This document shows positions 13,471-26,806 of a stretch of 64,000 nt of DNA, in pieces. The translations under genes were made by a program, and so were the position numbers. Source of the stretch: Octopus sinensis (taxonomy: Eukaryota); contig NC_043025.1 in the NCBI RefSeq assembly GCF_006345805.1, positions 15,438,001 through 15,502,000 of the forward strand. The letters are read 5' to 3'. How positions within the stretch are numbered: position 1 is the stretch's first letter; the number at the start of each line of letters is the position of its first letter. The notes under the pieces are model-generated. The model was not told the DNA's origin. It did no database searches and was given only the letters and a program-made list of their open reading frames with translations.

Positions 13471-13543
13471 TATTATTATTATTATTATTCTTCCTGTAAC
13501 ATATGATGTGTGTAGCACTTACCTCTTCTCTCCTCTCTGGCAG

Positions 13544-13739
13544 ATGATAGACATCGGTCAAGGTTTGTACGTCCACCCAGATGACCTGGCCGTTGTCCTG
13601 AGCAAAGCTGATGGACAGAAAATGGTTCGTAAGCTGATGAATATTGTATTCAAGAAGGAAGACCTTGAACAAGGGGCTACGCTGTCTCCAACTGGCAAAG
13701 GGAAGCTTCTAGATCAAAGAATTGTGGATGTCATGTTGG
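13544..13739 (+). CDS. BEN-domain protein exon (BEN domain N-terminal part)
   Basis: Acceptor ctctctggcag|ATG phase 0. MIDIGQGLYVHPDDL...KMVRKLMNIVFKKEDLEQGATLSPTGKGKLLDQRIVDVML fits the BEN pattern (R/K-L-x-x-x-F...S/T-x-x-G...LD). Donor G|gtgagt, phase 1. Confidence 0.85.
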
Positions 13740-13864
13740 GTGAGTATATAAACAAGGCAGTGATTGTGGTGTGTGTATAGAACGGGTTGTGTGTGGGTAT
13801 ATATGGATGTGCACGCATATATATGTCACTCTCTCTGGCCAGGTAACCTTGTATTTATATGTAT

Positions 13865-14590
13865 ATCATCATCGTTTAACATCCGTTTTCCACGCTAGCA
13901 CGGGTTGGACGGTTCGACCGGGGTCTGGGAAGCCAGGAGGCTGCACCAGTCTCCAGTCTGATCTGGCAGTGTTTCTCCAGCTGGAAGCCCTTCCTAATGC
14001 CAACCACTCCGTGAGTGTAGTGGGTGCTTTTTACGTGCCACCTGCACAGGTGCCAGGGGAGTCTGGCATCGGCCAAGATCGGTTGGTGCTTTTAACGTAC
14101 CACCGGCACGGAAGCCAGCCAAGGCGGCGCTGGCATCGGCCACGTTCGGATGGTGCTTTTTATGTGCCACCGGCAGAGGTATCACAACTACTATTTCCAT
14201 TGATATTTGTTTCGATGTTCATGTACATGCACTTGACTCAACAGGTCTCCTCAAGCACAGCGAGATGTTCTGGGATCCAAGGTACTTTGAATGGGCAGGG
14301 GCTATGCGGAACTGGTGCCGGAAGCATCCCGGGTCTTTGCAGTCACAGCACATCTCCAGAGATCTCGGTCCTTCGCCATTGCCTCAGTGAGGCCCAACGC
14401 TCTGAGGTCATGCTTGACAACCTCATCCCATGTCTTCCTGGGTCTACCTATCCCCCTGATTCCTTCAACTGTTTGGGAGCGGCACTTCTTCACACATCTC
14501 TCCTCATCCATCCGCAGTACATGACCATACCATCGCAAGCGTCGCTCTTATATAAGGCAGTGAGCTGCACTACTCTTGGCCCTTATGCTT
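13865..14590 (-). mobile_element. 5'-truncated RTE-clade LINE (ORF2 C-terminus + 3' UTR + (GAT)n tail)
   Basis: Translates to RLRWYGHVLRMDEER...GRPRKTWDEVV...DRDLWR, typical of the RTE ORF2 C-terminus. Contiguous with a 3' UTR ending GGATGTTAAACGATGATGAT. Confidence 0.85.
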
Positions 14591-15879
14591 TTTTGCCAAC
14601 ACCCTGCCACTTATATTATGATCTCCGTTCCTCAAGGGTACACCCTGCCACTTTCCACCATCTTCTTTTGCTCAACCGTGCCCTTTATATCCTAATACCC
14701 ATTCCTTGTGAGTATGCCCCATCACTTCACCACCATCTCTCTCCTCCCTCAGCCTGGATAGCCGTCCGTCTCCTCTACAGCAACACACCTGTTTCTGTCC
14801 TCATTCTTGATCACTCTCTCTGGCCAGGTAACCTTGTACCTCCTCACTTTAACCTTTCATCATCTGACCCAAGGTCGCCTATAACCACCCCACTCTCAAA
14901 AGATTCTTTGTCATGCAGGTTACTTGGTGACCCTGTCAGTGCTGGTGCCATGTGAAAAGCACTCAGTCCACACTGTAAAGTGGTTGGCATTTGGAAGGGC
15001 ATCCAGCTCTAAAAACCATGCCAAAACTGATCTCTCCTGTGCTTGAGCCATCTACCAAATCTACTCACAAGAGACTATAGTAGGGATTGAACCTGGAACC
15101 ATGTGATTGGGAAGCAAACTTCTTACCACTCAGCCACACCTTTGCCTTTATGATGTTTGTGCCTGTCAATGTGTTTCTCCCCAACCACTACTTAACCACT
15201 GTTGGTTTGTTTCTGTTCCTATAACTTTTCAGTTTAGCAAGAGATCAATAGAATAAAATACCATCCATAAAAAAAAAATCCTTAAGTATTGGAGTGGATT
15301 TGTTTGATTAAACCATTCAAAGTGGTGCTCCAGCATGGCCTCAGTGCAATGACTGAAACCAGTAAAAGTTGCATGTATGTTTTGTAAAGAATGTAGATAA
15401 ACCTCATTGCCATTTGTGAGTTTTTCCCAGCTTTTCTCTCAAGCCATTTTCATCATGATTGTTTTAATGTCTAATTTACCTATATATATGTATGTATGTA
15501 TGGTGCGGCCTCCTGGCTTGCTAGTCCCTAGTCAAACTGTCCAACCCATGCCAGCATGGAAAACGGACGTTAATTAGCGCCATATAACGAGCTGTTCTCT
15601 TGTTCACCAGCAGAAGTCTTGTGTTGATTAAGCCATAAGTTCTCCAGCTTCCTGGCCCCTCTTGTCCAATCATTTCTTGATATTATCTCTACACTGCCCT
15701 CTCCCCTTCCCAGGCTTCTAGACATGTCATTGTACGTCTCCAGCACATTGAGGAGACTACACCAAAAGTGCCCCACCGGCCAACACACACCTTCTCCACT
15801 CTTGTCCAACCAGCTCGACATTCTCCATTCATTCCGTCCTTTGCCTCTTCATCTATTTTAGCTCCTACGCTTCCTTCCA

Positions 15880-16145
15880 TGACAATGTCTTCCAAACCTC
15901 TTCTTCTTCTTCAAATGTGGCCATAATAGATAAGCTTTCATTTCTTCAGAATGTTCGCTTGTCGTCGTCCACATGTTACAACGACCATCCACTTATCTGA
16001 TAACCCTTGGAAGGGACTCGTAACATTCTCCTATAAACCCACATTTCAAATGCATTGATCATGTTCCCTTCAAATTTCTTTGGACCCCATGCTTCACAAC
16101 CATAAATGTCTGTTGGCCAAACAAGTGTTTGTATCAGCCCTGTTT
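15880..16145 (-). mobile_element. Degraded RTE-clade ORF2 fragment
   Basis: LIQTLVWPTDIYGCEAWG...INAFEMWVYRRML matches the post-RT RTE motif YGCEAW...FEM.CYRRML. Confidence 0.75.
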
Positions 16146-17053
16146 TTTGGGGATGGTTTTGCTTTTCTGGAAATCTGGAAAATACTTTTCAAATACTGCA
16201 GAATGAACCTTTAAGAAAGCTGACCCTTTTAAAGCAAGATGACAAAGGAGTGAGCTACCTAGCATCAGGCTGTATCCAAGAAGTTCCCTAGCCTGTAGCA
16301 GAAGTGTTCAGACCTCGATCCTGCTGGTGGTGTAAAGCACTCATGGTGGGGGCCATGTAAAAGCATCCAGCACACTCTGTAAAGTGGTTGGCATTAATAA
16401 GGACATCCAACCGGAGAAGCCATGCCAAACCAGACTGGACTCTTGGCATCTTGGGTGAGTGTCTTCTACTATAGCCTCGGGCCAACCAAAGCCTTGTGAG
16501 TGGATTTGGTAGACGGAAACTGAAAGAAGCCTGTCGTATATATGTATGTGTGTGTGTCCCCCTAGCATTGCTTGACAACCGATGCTGGTGTGTTTACATC
16601 CCCATTACTTAGCGGTTCGGCAAAAGAGACCAATAGAATAAGTATTGGGCTTACAAAAGAATAAGTCCCGGGGTTGAGTTGCTCGATTAAAGGCAGTGCT
16701 CCAGTCAAATGACTGAAACAAGTAAAAGAGTAAAAGAGTATGAGGTGGTACTGAAAAGCTCCTGGCTTTGGATAAAAGAAAATACAGAAGGCTCACTTAA
16801 TTATGATTTTATTCAGCATATTCCCCTCTTAAATTCACGCACTCATTGCAACGGCCTTTCAGTTTTTCTAAGCCCTGTAAAAGAACTCATGAGGTTGGAC
16901 CTTCAACCAGGAATTTTTCAGCATCCCCTCATATATATATATATGTGTGGTGTATGTATGTACTACTTTCTCTTTTTACATATGTGTATATGTATATTTG
17001 TGTGTGTGCATGTGTATATACACTCTTTGATTCATATTTCGGCTTTTTTGCAG

Positions 17054-17172
17054 CCTGGGTTCTGATGAACCAGTCGACCATGTGGAGTAGAGGAAGTCTG
17101 CGACAGGCAATCAATCGGAAACTCACAAGTTACCGATGTCGGAGTTTAAAGAAGAAACATGAAGCCAACTAA
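17054..17172 (+). CDS. BEN-domain protein terminal coding exon
   Basis: Acceptor ttttttgcag|CC (G+CC=Ala). AWVLMNQSTMWSRGSLRQAINRKLTSYRCRSLKKKHEAN*; RQAINRKL..R resembles the basic C-terminal BEN helix. The five exons total 987 nt = 328 aa + TAA. Confidence 0.85.
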
Positions 17173-18019
17173 CAAATTTCACTGGTAACACCCCGCCACC
17201 CCCAATAGCTTTTTTTTTTTTTGTAAAAAGAACAAAACTTACCACATTTACACACAAACAGCTTAAAATATTTTATTTTTAAATCGGGTCTTTTGTGTTC
17301 TTTTCTTGTTTCCTTTTGATCCTGTTATTTTCTATTAATTCTATACCCAGGTATGTGAAAGCATCTGGCTCAGTGGTTTAGAGCATCCGGCTTACAGTTG
17401 CGATTTCCATCCCTGGATTGACCTGTGTTGTGTTCTTAAGCAAGGCACTTTATTTCACGTTGCTCCAGTTCACTCAGCTGAAGAAATGAGTTGTGATGTC
17501 ACTGGTGCCAAGCTGTATCGGTCCCTTTGCCTTGGATGACATCAGTGGTGTGGAGAAGGGCGGCTGATCTTCCACAAAACAACCACCCCGGTTGGTCAAA
17601 ATAATCATCACTGGCAGATTGGATGATGTCATCACAGAGACTGGTTCCCAGCCAAGTGTTTCTTCATGTTGGGGAACACAATTGTGAGGAGAATGAGGAG
17701 GAGGCTGATCAACCAAAAACTTGTGTGCTGGGACATTGTCCTACTGAAACAAGACCCCTTTCATCAGTTTTCTTGGGCATTTGGTCTTGATAGCCTTTTG
17801 TAACAGCCTCAGCACATTGGCATTTGATGGTTTGGCCCATTTGAAGGTAGTCAATAAGCACAATGTCCTTTGTATCACCTTTCCTATAGATGAAGAGACC
17901 ATGGCCTTCTTTGAGAGCAGGTGAAGAGTGTCTCTGGCTCAAAGTGATGAACCCAACACTCATCCTGGCTTAGGAGACCAGCTGGATCTGCCTCAAAACA
18001 AGTGTCAGATTTTCTGTGA

Positions 18020-18450
18020 TGTACATATATGTGTGTGTATGTATATGTATGTATGTATGTATATATATATATATGTATGTATGTATGTATGTATATATAT
18101 ATGTGTATGTATGTATATATATATGTGTATGTATGTATATATATATGTGTATGTATGTATATATATATGTGTGTATATATGTGTATGTATATATATGTAT
18201 GTATGTATATATGCATATGTCTGTATGTATGTATATATGTATGTATATGTGTATGTATATATGTATGTATATGTGTATGTATATATATATATGTATGTGT
18301 ATATATATATATATGTACATATGTATGCATGTATATGTATATATATATGTATGTATGTATATATATATGTGTATATATATATGTATATATATGTGTATAT
18401 ATATATGTATATATATATGTATATATGTATGTATATATATATATGTATGG
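18020..18450. repeat. (TA/TG/TATG)n compound microsatellite
   Basis: Seen directly. Similar tracts at 9157-9240, 25201-25320, 33250-33598, 51258-51335 and 52677-52790. Confidence 0.95.
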
Positions 18451-21400
18451 ATGGTGTGGCCTCCTGGCTTGCTAGTCCCTAGTCAAACTGTCCAACCCAT
18501 GCCAGCATGGAAAACGGACGTTAAATGTTGATGAAGGAAGGAGTCATGCAAAAACTCGGTTCAGGAGAAGAAACCTTGAAGATGAGATTCCTGGAAACAA
18601 GGGAATACAGATTAACCTCCGACCTGGGAAGCATGTTAACAACAACAACACAGAGCCCAGAAATGAAATGGAATTTTAATATTCAAATATAAATACATAC
18701 ATACATAATTTATATACACTAAAGCATACATACAGTAGGAGTGAAATTAGGTAGACGGAAACTGTGAAGAAGCCCGTCAAGAACTGTACATGGAATTCAA
18801 ACACAGTATTATGTTATAACACGAGTACGATGTCTGTGGGATACTCATCCACTTTTATTATGATTTAACAAAAAGTTCCTTATATAAAGGACTGTAACTG
18901 GAATTGAAAGGTCTGATCTGAAGAATAGAAGTACATATATCTGGTCCTGGTAAAAAGTGACAAAGATCCTTCATACATACATATATATATATATATATTC
19001 AAACAAACACACATAGGTGTATATATTTGAAGGGCTGGTTATGAACACGAAACCAATCAGAAATAAAGGCCTCAAGATGGTGTCATGTGCCAGGAATAAA
19101 TATTGTCAAAATGATTCATGACAAATGGCCAGATGTTTCACTGCTCCACTTATTTGCAAACTCACAGAAGCAATGCATTTGGCTGCCTGTTATAAATTAT
19201 ATATGATAGATAAGATAGGATCCTCTCTCTCTCTCGTCCATCTCAAGATGTTCAGACAAAACAAAGCAAAATTTAAAAATTCAATCACAAAAAGCAACAA
19301 CAAATAACACAAACAACTGCTTGCCTGTTGAGAATGTTGAAGATGTTCGTTTTACATTTCAATTAAAGAATTTAAATCTGAGACTAAGTATTTATAACTA
19401 GTCTCGAACTATGGAGCAAAACTGTTTGGGGAAAAGCAACAGAAATATATATATAGTTAACGATTCCATTAAAGTTAAGATCAACAAAAAAAGACAAACT
19501 CCATCCAGTGAGACACAAATACCAGTTAATGCACAGAGTAGAAAATACAAGCTGCTAATAACTGCTTGCACTGGAAACACAGGTTTGTATAACACACGTC
19601 TCCAAGCAATCTCAGGCTCTGAACACATGATTTGTTCTATTTGTATAACATACGTCTCCAAGCAATCTACAGGCTCTGAGCACATGATTTATTCTATTTG
19701 AAACCAGCACACTGATTTGAATAAAAGAGACCATGTGCTCAGAGCCCGGAGATTGCTTTGAGACAAGATGTGTTATAAAAACCTGCCTCGACCCATGCCT
19801 CCCAGCAAGAAACTATTAGTAACCCATCTTTTTATACAATGCACACCACACTGAATAATATACATCATTATATATATATATATGAATGAAATGGTTATGG
19901 TTGTGTATATAAGAGAATATTTGGAATAAAAGGAAGGAAGGTTAGAATCATTATTTCGTTAATTATTTATACAGGTACAGGATGTCTTGAAATTTTCCAA
20001 GGAAATAAAATGGAACAGAATATTTACATTATTACATCAAAGAATTTTCCCCGTAGCTCTAAGGTTTCTCCCTCAGTTCTACAAGCGCTCAAGCGACACA
20101 AATTTTTAAAGCTCTGACTGGGTTTGGGGTTATTAGTGCAGCAAAGAAGGACCAAAGCTGCAGAAGGGGCCCACTAGGCAGCTTTGGATAAAGGGGTTAT
20201 ACAAATAGTTTGCTGCTATTGGGATGCATATTGGGATCTGATGCTGAAAGACCCCCAAAAAGCTCCTGAGACCCCAGAAATATCACTGATGATGCATCTC
20301 AGAGCATCTTAAAACTCGTGATCCCTGTGCTGGTAGCATGTAAAAAGCACCATCCAAACATGGCCGATGCCAGCACCGCCTTGACTGGCTTCGGTGCTGG
20401 TGGCACGTAAAAAGCACCAACCGATTGTGGTCGCTGCCAGTGCCGCCTTGACAGGCTTCTGTGCCGGTGGCACGTAAAAAGCACCATCCGAACATGGCCG
20501 ATGCCAGCACCGCCTTGACTGGCTTCGGTGCTGGTGGCATGTAAAAGGCACCAACTAATCATGGTCGCTGCCAGCTTCCCCTGGCATGTGTGTCGGTGGC
20601 ATATAAGAAGCACCCACTACACTCACAGAGTGGTTGGCGTTAGGAAGGACATCCAGCTGTAGAAACTCTGCCAGATCAGACTGGAGCCTGGTGCAGCCTC
20701 CTGGCTTCCCAAACCCCAGTCGAACTGTCCAACCCATGCCAGCACGGAAAACGGATGTTAAACGATGATGATAATTCTCAAGAGAGACATTTTTAAATGT
20801 TGTCACGTGAATATTTTATATTTCATTTCCTTTGAAAATTTGAAGACTTCTACCTGTATAATTAATTAATGAAGTAAATAGTCCAGCCTGTATTTCCGAC
20901 TAACCTTATTACCTGTGCGTGTGTGTGTAGCCCCACCCCTCAAGAATGACCAGTGAGTTGCAGTAAAGGAGTCACTGCCGGTCAGAGAGGCTTTCATCCG
21001 AGTTTGGCTGGATGAGGGCCTCCATCCTGACCTGGTGGACAACAACTTGTATTATCCTATCAACATAAATGGCATTGAACAAGAAGACACAGAAGAATCC
21101 CAAACTAAAAATAAATAAATGAGATTACAATAATAATCACACAAAAAAAACCCCCCAAAAAACATTCAATAAAAAAAAGCGGAAGAATAAGAGTTGGGAT
21201 GAAAGAATGAGTTACGAGGATGGAACCACTGGAAGATCAGGAAAAAAAAATAATGCCTTTTGGGGTTAGTTCTTACCCCCTTACTTGCTGGGTTCACATC
21301 CCACTGAGGCCAATGCTGCCTTTTGTCCCTTTAGGGTCAATAAAACACCAGTCAGGTATTGAGGGAGGGGGAAGTGTCATCAGTATTATTGAGCACCCCC

Positions 21401-23989
21401 CCTCCCAAATGCTAGAAATATTATTATTATTCTTCTTCTTCAGGTGGTGAGCTGGCAGAACGGTTAGCACACTGGCTGAAGTGCTTACTGGGATTCGCCT
21501 GCCACTATGTTCTGAGTTCAATTTCTACCAAGGTTGACTTTGCTCTTTTCAACCTTTCAGGGTTGATAAAATAAATACCAGCAAAACACTGGGGTGGAAG
21601 GGCGTTCAATGTAATTGGCTAGTCTCCTCCCCAACAATTTCAGGCCTTGTGCCCTTAGTTGAAAGGATTATGACAGGGAGCTGGCAGAATCATTAGCATT
21701 CAAGGCCAAAATGCTACTCCGAGTATTTTTGGTTGGTCATTTTGCCTTCCTCAACAATAATTTAATACGGACAGCAACACATTCCATCTGGCTGACCACA
21801 GTCCCTGTCTAACCGATGAATGGTATCCAAAAGCAGCCGTGATTTGGGTATCACCTGTCGGCAGGTATGGACTTCAATCTTTGTTTAATCCATCTTTTAT
21901 GTTCCAAGTTCAAATTCCATCGAGGTTGACTTTGCCTTTCATTCTTTTGGGGCTCGATGAAATAAGTACCGGTTGCATACTGGGTTGGTGTAATCAACCA
22001 TACCCCTACCCCGGAATTTCAGGCCTTGTGCCAATAGTAGAAAGGATTACCATTATCATCACCCTTAAAGGCAGAAAACTAACAGACTTGTCAGTGTGTC
22101 AGACAAAATGCCACAAAGGATGTGAAGGTGGACGAAAAATGTTGAGTTCAAATCTCCCCTCTGACCCAGTCAACTTTGACTTTCATCCTTTTGGGGGTCA
22201 ATAGAATAAGTCGAGCTGGTCAAGTACTAGGATCAATGCAATCAACTCGTTCCCTTCCACAAATTTCCAGGCGTTGCACCTTTAGGAAGAAAGGAGATTA
22301 TAATCACTTTGACTTGGTTGAGTACTTTAGTTGTTAGTTTGTGCCCTTTGCAGCAAAGTAATGTGGCTCACACCCCAGACCACATCTCTGTCATTAATAA
22401 GTAGTAGATCTGGAAGGAATCAGCCAAAGTCAGAGAGGGAAGGACCCCCACCAGGCCTGACAATGTCTGAGACAAGCCCTATTTCACAGTAGTGCAAAGG
22501 ACAACCCCACCACCGAGTTGTGGGCACAAAGGCAAGACAAGGCATAGAAGGTTCATCTTTTTTGATTTCGCTCCAGTCATTGGGTTGTGGCCATGCTGGG
22601 GTATCACCGTTAAGAATTTAGTCAAAGAGATCAACACCAGCACATTTTTTTAAGTCTGGTATTTATTTTGTCAATCTCTTTTGCTAAACTGCTAATTCAC
22701 TGGAACACAAACAAACCAACATTGGAGGACAAACACAAACATATACAATGTTTGGTTCCCACCCAGTCTCTGTCTACCAAATTCACTGAGCCCTAGGGAT
22801 ATAATAGAACGCACTTGCCCATGGTTTTCTGCAGTGGAATCGAACTAGAAATCCTGTGGTTGCAAAGCAAGCTTCTTGACCACCCATCCATGCCAGCCTC
22901 TACTTATGTAGTGGAAGTTGAGACTTACCTCTGTTGCTACTCCGAGTATTTTTGCTTGGTTGTCTCACTTTCCTCTACAACCAATTTACTGGAGTCTGGA
23001 ATGGGACACGGATGGCAATGCGTTGCACCTGGCTGACCACGGTAGCCAAAAGCAGCCGTGATTTGGGTATCACCTGTCAGCAGGTTTGGACTTGGTAGCA
23101 AAGCACCTGTAGCAGGTACATCGAGTCATTCCGGTTGGCCACAGTCCCTGTCTAGCTGATCAGTGACACCTGAAACACAGCCATGTAGTTTCTATTGGCA
23201 GCAAAGCACCAATTCCACTTGGCTGGCCACATTTGCTGCCTGGTCAGTGAACAGTACCAGGTGTAAAGAGACGGTAGCAGAGCACCAATTCTTCCAGGCT
23301 GGCCACAATCTCTGTCAATCCAATAGACAGCATTTCAAAACAGTCACGGCTAGGATACCCCCAGCAGACATGTCATGATGACCTGAAGATGGTCAGCATT
23401 CCATGGAATGGAATGGTAGAAGAATAGTGACCAGTTGAAAGAAGCTGATGAAGAAAACTTGCCAAAGAGAAACCAAAGTGAAAAAGGAGTTTATTACAAT
23501 GGAATCGCTCTGAGTTTCTCTGGTTTGGGATCTTTCAGGCGACCTCTGAACATGAAAACTCTGCCACATACATTAAATACTCCCTTTCTTACACCTGTCT
23601 CCACCTATTTATTGCTTTATTAATTAAAAGCCGCAATTAAAATACATCACCCTGCCATACAACCATTAACACCTGATCCCAAATTAAGAGAAAACAAAAG
23701 TGAGGTCCACAAGGTTCCAAAAATTAAGAGCGAAGGAAGGCAGGAGGGAGTACAGTTGATGGAATGGACAAAGTCTGGTGGAGCTGGCATGGTTGGAAGA
23801 GAAGATGTAGGTGACGAAAACGAGGAGACAAACTGATAGGCAGCTCCCTGGGTGCTCCACTAATCCAGCTTAACCCCAAGCCCCACCAACCCATACTTGC
23901 TGCCCCTTCTACTCATGAAATGGACCTTTATGAACGCATTCGGGACTTGCCCCACACACAAAAGACAACTGCCACAACTGGATGGTTTC

Positions 23990-24700
23990 AAATTTTAGCA
24001 CAAAGCCAGCAATTTTAGGGGAAGCAGGTAGGTCGATATCATTGATCTCCCAGTGATCAACTGATACTGATTTTATTGACCCCCTGAAAGGAAGAAAGGC
24101 AAAGTTGACCTGGGTGGAATTTGAACTCGGAATATAAAAACCAAAAGGAATTCTGCTAAACATTTTCACTGGAACATTAACAATTCTGCCAGCTTGCTGC
24201 CTTAATAATAATAATAATCCTTTCTGTTATAGGTAAAAGGCCTGAAATTTTGGGGGAAGGGGATCGGTCGATTACATCGGCCCTGAAAGGATGAAAGGCA
24301 AAGTTGACCCCAGCAGCATTTGAACTCAGAACGTGAAGACAGCCGAGATATTGCTAAGCATTTCACCCAGCTTGCGACCTATGAATAATAACCCTTTCTA
24401 TTCGAAGCAAAAGGGCTGCAATTTTGGGGGAGGGAGTTAGATTATGACATCAACCCCCAGCACATGACTGATATTTAATTCATTGCACCCTGAAAGAATG
24501 AAAGGCAAAGTCCACCTTGGCAGAATATATTTAATAATAATAATGATGACGGTTTCAAATTTTGGCACAAGGCCAGCAATTTCGGGATGGGGTGGGGGAG
24601 GGGAACTCAGTACGTGAAGACTGACTGCTGCTAAGCATTTTGCCCTAAATTTCGGCAGAGGCCCTAACAATTTTGAAGGTGCTCAGCTGGTACTTTATTT
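23990..24700 (-). mobile_element. Cluster of 3-4 degraded family C-like SINE heads separated by (TAA)n
   Basis: Repeated aaggcaaagttgacc...gaatttgaactc motifs. Confidence 0.65.
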
Positions 24701-25196
24701 CATAAACAGCAAAAGAACGAGAGGAAAAGCTGATCTGAGTGGGATTTGAACTCAGAATTTTGGTTGAGAAGATCCAGGAAGAAAGAGCAGAAAACATTTT
24801 GTGCAGCAAGCGGATGGTTTTATAAAATAACAACAACAATAGCAACAAGAACAACATAATGCTTCGTTTCATAAACTGAGAGAGAAGAGATGGGGAGAGA
24901 GAATCCAAAATCATAGGATAAGATTTGAACCCTTACCGCAAAGGACTGTAAAGGGTGCCTTTTAGATACAAAGAAAAGAAAAAAAAAGGAAAAAAAGGAG
25001 ACACCCTCCACCGTACCAGCAACTATAAGTCATAATGATGGTGATGATTATGATGATGATTGTGGTGGTGATGATATTGATGATGATGATGTGTCCACTT
25101 CAGTGCAACTGGGATAGGACACTAGAGATGCTAGGGTTTACTTTGCTGTCTGGAAATTTGTGTCACAGTTGGTCAGCTGCAATGGCTTACTGAGCC

Positions 25197-25250
<54 letters not shown>

Positions 25251-25730
25251 GTGTGTGTATATATGAATATACATATATTCATATATACTCACACCCATGA
25301 ATATATATATACACATATACAAATGTGTGTGTATCCACATATGGCAATCCACGACTGAGAGTAAATGTCTTCATTTCGCTAAGAGAAAGTCAGTGGGGGT
25401 GGGTGGGTGCTGGGAGTCCCAGGGTAGTTCTGTTGATTGGGGTGTCCAGGGTATCTTCTCTTTACACAGTTCATATAGTAGTAGTGGTGGTAGTAGTATT
25501 TCACTGGGCCACTCCCCAGACCATACTGCAGCAACCTTTCACACACACACACACACACACACACATACATATACTCATACCAACATACACCCGTGTCAGA
25601 AATTTATCATATACCGACCCTCCCCCCCAACGCACACGTGTATATATGTCTGTGTGTGTGTATATAGGGGTGTGTCCATGTCCCCATATAGAGAACCCGG
25701 CATCGTCCATCAACGAAGATGTGTTGTTGG

Positions 25731-25832
25731 TTATGATTTCCCATCGACTTCAAAATGTTTGTAAATTGCTGTTACGTAAGCTATCACAGCTTGCCAGTCG
25801 GGACGTTCCATAGCGACCATGTCGTTGATATT
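25731..25832 (-). CDS. SPECC1L: Cytospin-A terminal coding exon (missed by ORF track)
   Basis: ttctctttgcag|[36 protein letters not shown] (TAA at 25733-25731). Total CDS 3369 nt = 1122 aa. Confidence 0.95.
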   Translation of the reverse strand, partial: NINDMVAMERPDWQAVIAYVTAIYKHFEVDGKS

Positions 25833-26453
25833 CTGCAAAGAGAAAACAGCATTCATTACACACACACACACACAAATATCGTCCACAGACGAGATCCAGA
25901 CATTCTCCGTAGAGAAGATTCAGGCTTAGACTCCGATGTCTTTACAGGGGATCATTCCACAAGGTAAAGAAATGCAATAAGAGGGGCCAGGTTGAGCAGG
26001 CATACAGGTAATATGTTCTCCTCTTGTAAACAAGACCCCCAAAAACATCTGTTTTATATAAATGAACAAGCTGTTGGTACGTTCACAAAATTCTAATCAA
26101 CAAATTCAAGAAACAAATGAAACTGCGAATAATAATGAATGTGGGTAGGAAAAATTGGATACATCAAGTATATTAAACATAAAAAATTATATTTAATGTA
26201 TTTAATTTGTTTATCCTCATAACTGTGCTCTAATTGAGCTAAGTTCCAATTTATAATTTCAGTGGAGGCAATACCAGCAGAAAACTAGAGGAACATGACC
26301 TATTATCCAGTAGAACATTCAATATATATGTGTGCAATTTCATTGGGCATTAATAAATCAATATAAAGTTCCTGATAACACAGCACGAAAACACACAAGT
26401 ATATGAACTTACAAATATTCAATATTTAAAATACGTTGGCATTATAAATATAT

Positions 26454-26686
26454 GTTTCTTTATTACCCACAAGGGGCTAAACACAGAAGGGATAAACAAG
26501 GACAGACATAGGTATTAAGTTGATTACATCGACCCCAGTGCGTAACTGGTACTTAATTTATCGACCCCAAAAGGATGAAAGGCAAAGTTGACCTCGGCGG
26601 AATTTGAACTCAGAACGTAATGGCAGATGAAATACGGCTACGCATTTCACCCGGCGTGCTAACGTTTCTGCCAGCTCGCCACCTTT
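26454..26686 (-). mobile_element. tRNA-head SINE family C, full length (3' half of the 5S chimera)
   Basis: AAGGTGGCGAGCTGGCAGAAACG...GAGTTCAAATTCCGCC (A/B boxes)...GTTTAGCCCCTTGTGGGTAATAAAGAAA, same as the copies at 45963 and 54512. Confidence 0.88.
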
Positions 26687-26688
26687 TC

Positions 26689-26806
26689 GTTTACAGCACC
26701 AAGGTTTCCCAAGCGGTCACCCATCTAAGCTGTAACTAGGCTTGACTTTGCTTAACTTCAGTGATCGGACGAGAACCGGTGTTTTCAAAGTGATATGGCC
26801 GTAAGC
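26689..26806 (-). pseudogene. 5S rRNA: 5S rRNA copy, full length but diverged (retroposed pseudogene)
   Basis: Minus strand GCTTACGGCCATATCACTTTGAAAACACCGGTTCTCGTCCGATCACTGAAGTTAAGC...GATGGGTGACCGCTTGGGAA...GGTGCTGTAAAC (118 nt) is invertebrate-type 5S. Has substitutions around the internal promoter and no oligo-T terminator. Confidence 0.93.

Noticed and set aside
17884-18531. Tyr/Ile/Val/Cys/Met-rich ORFs here and at other TA/TG tracts
   Set aside because: Microsatellite translations.
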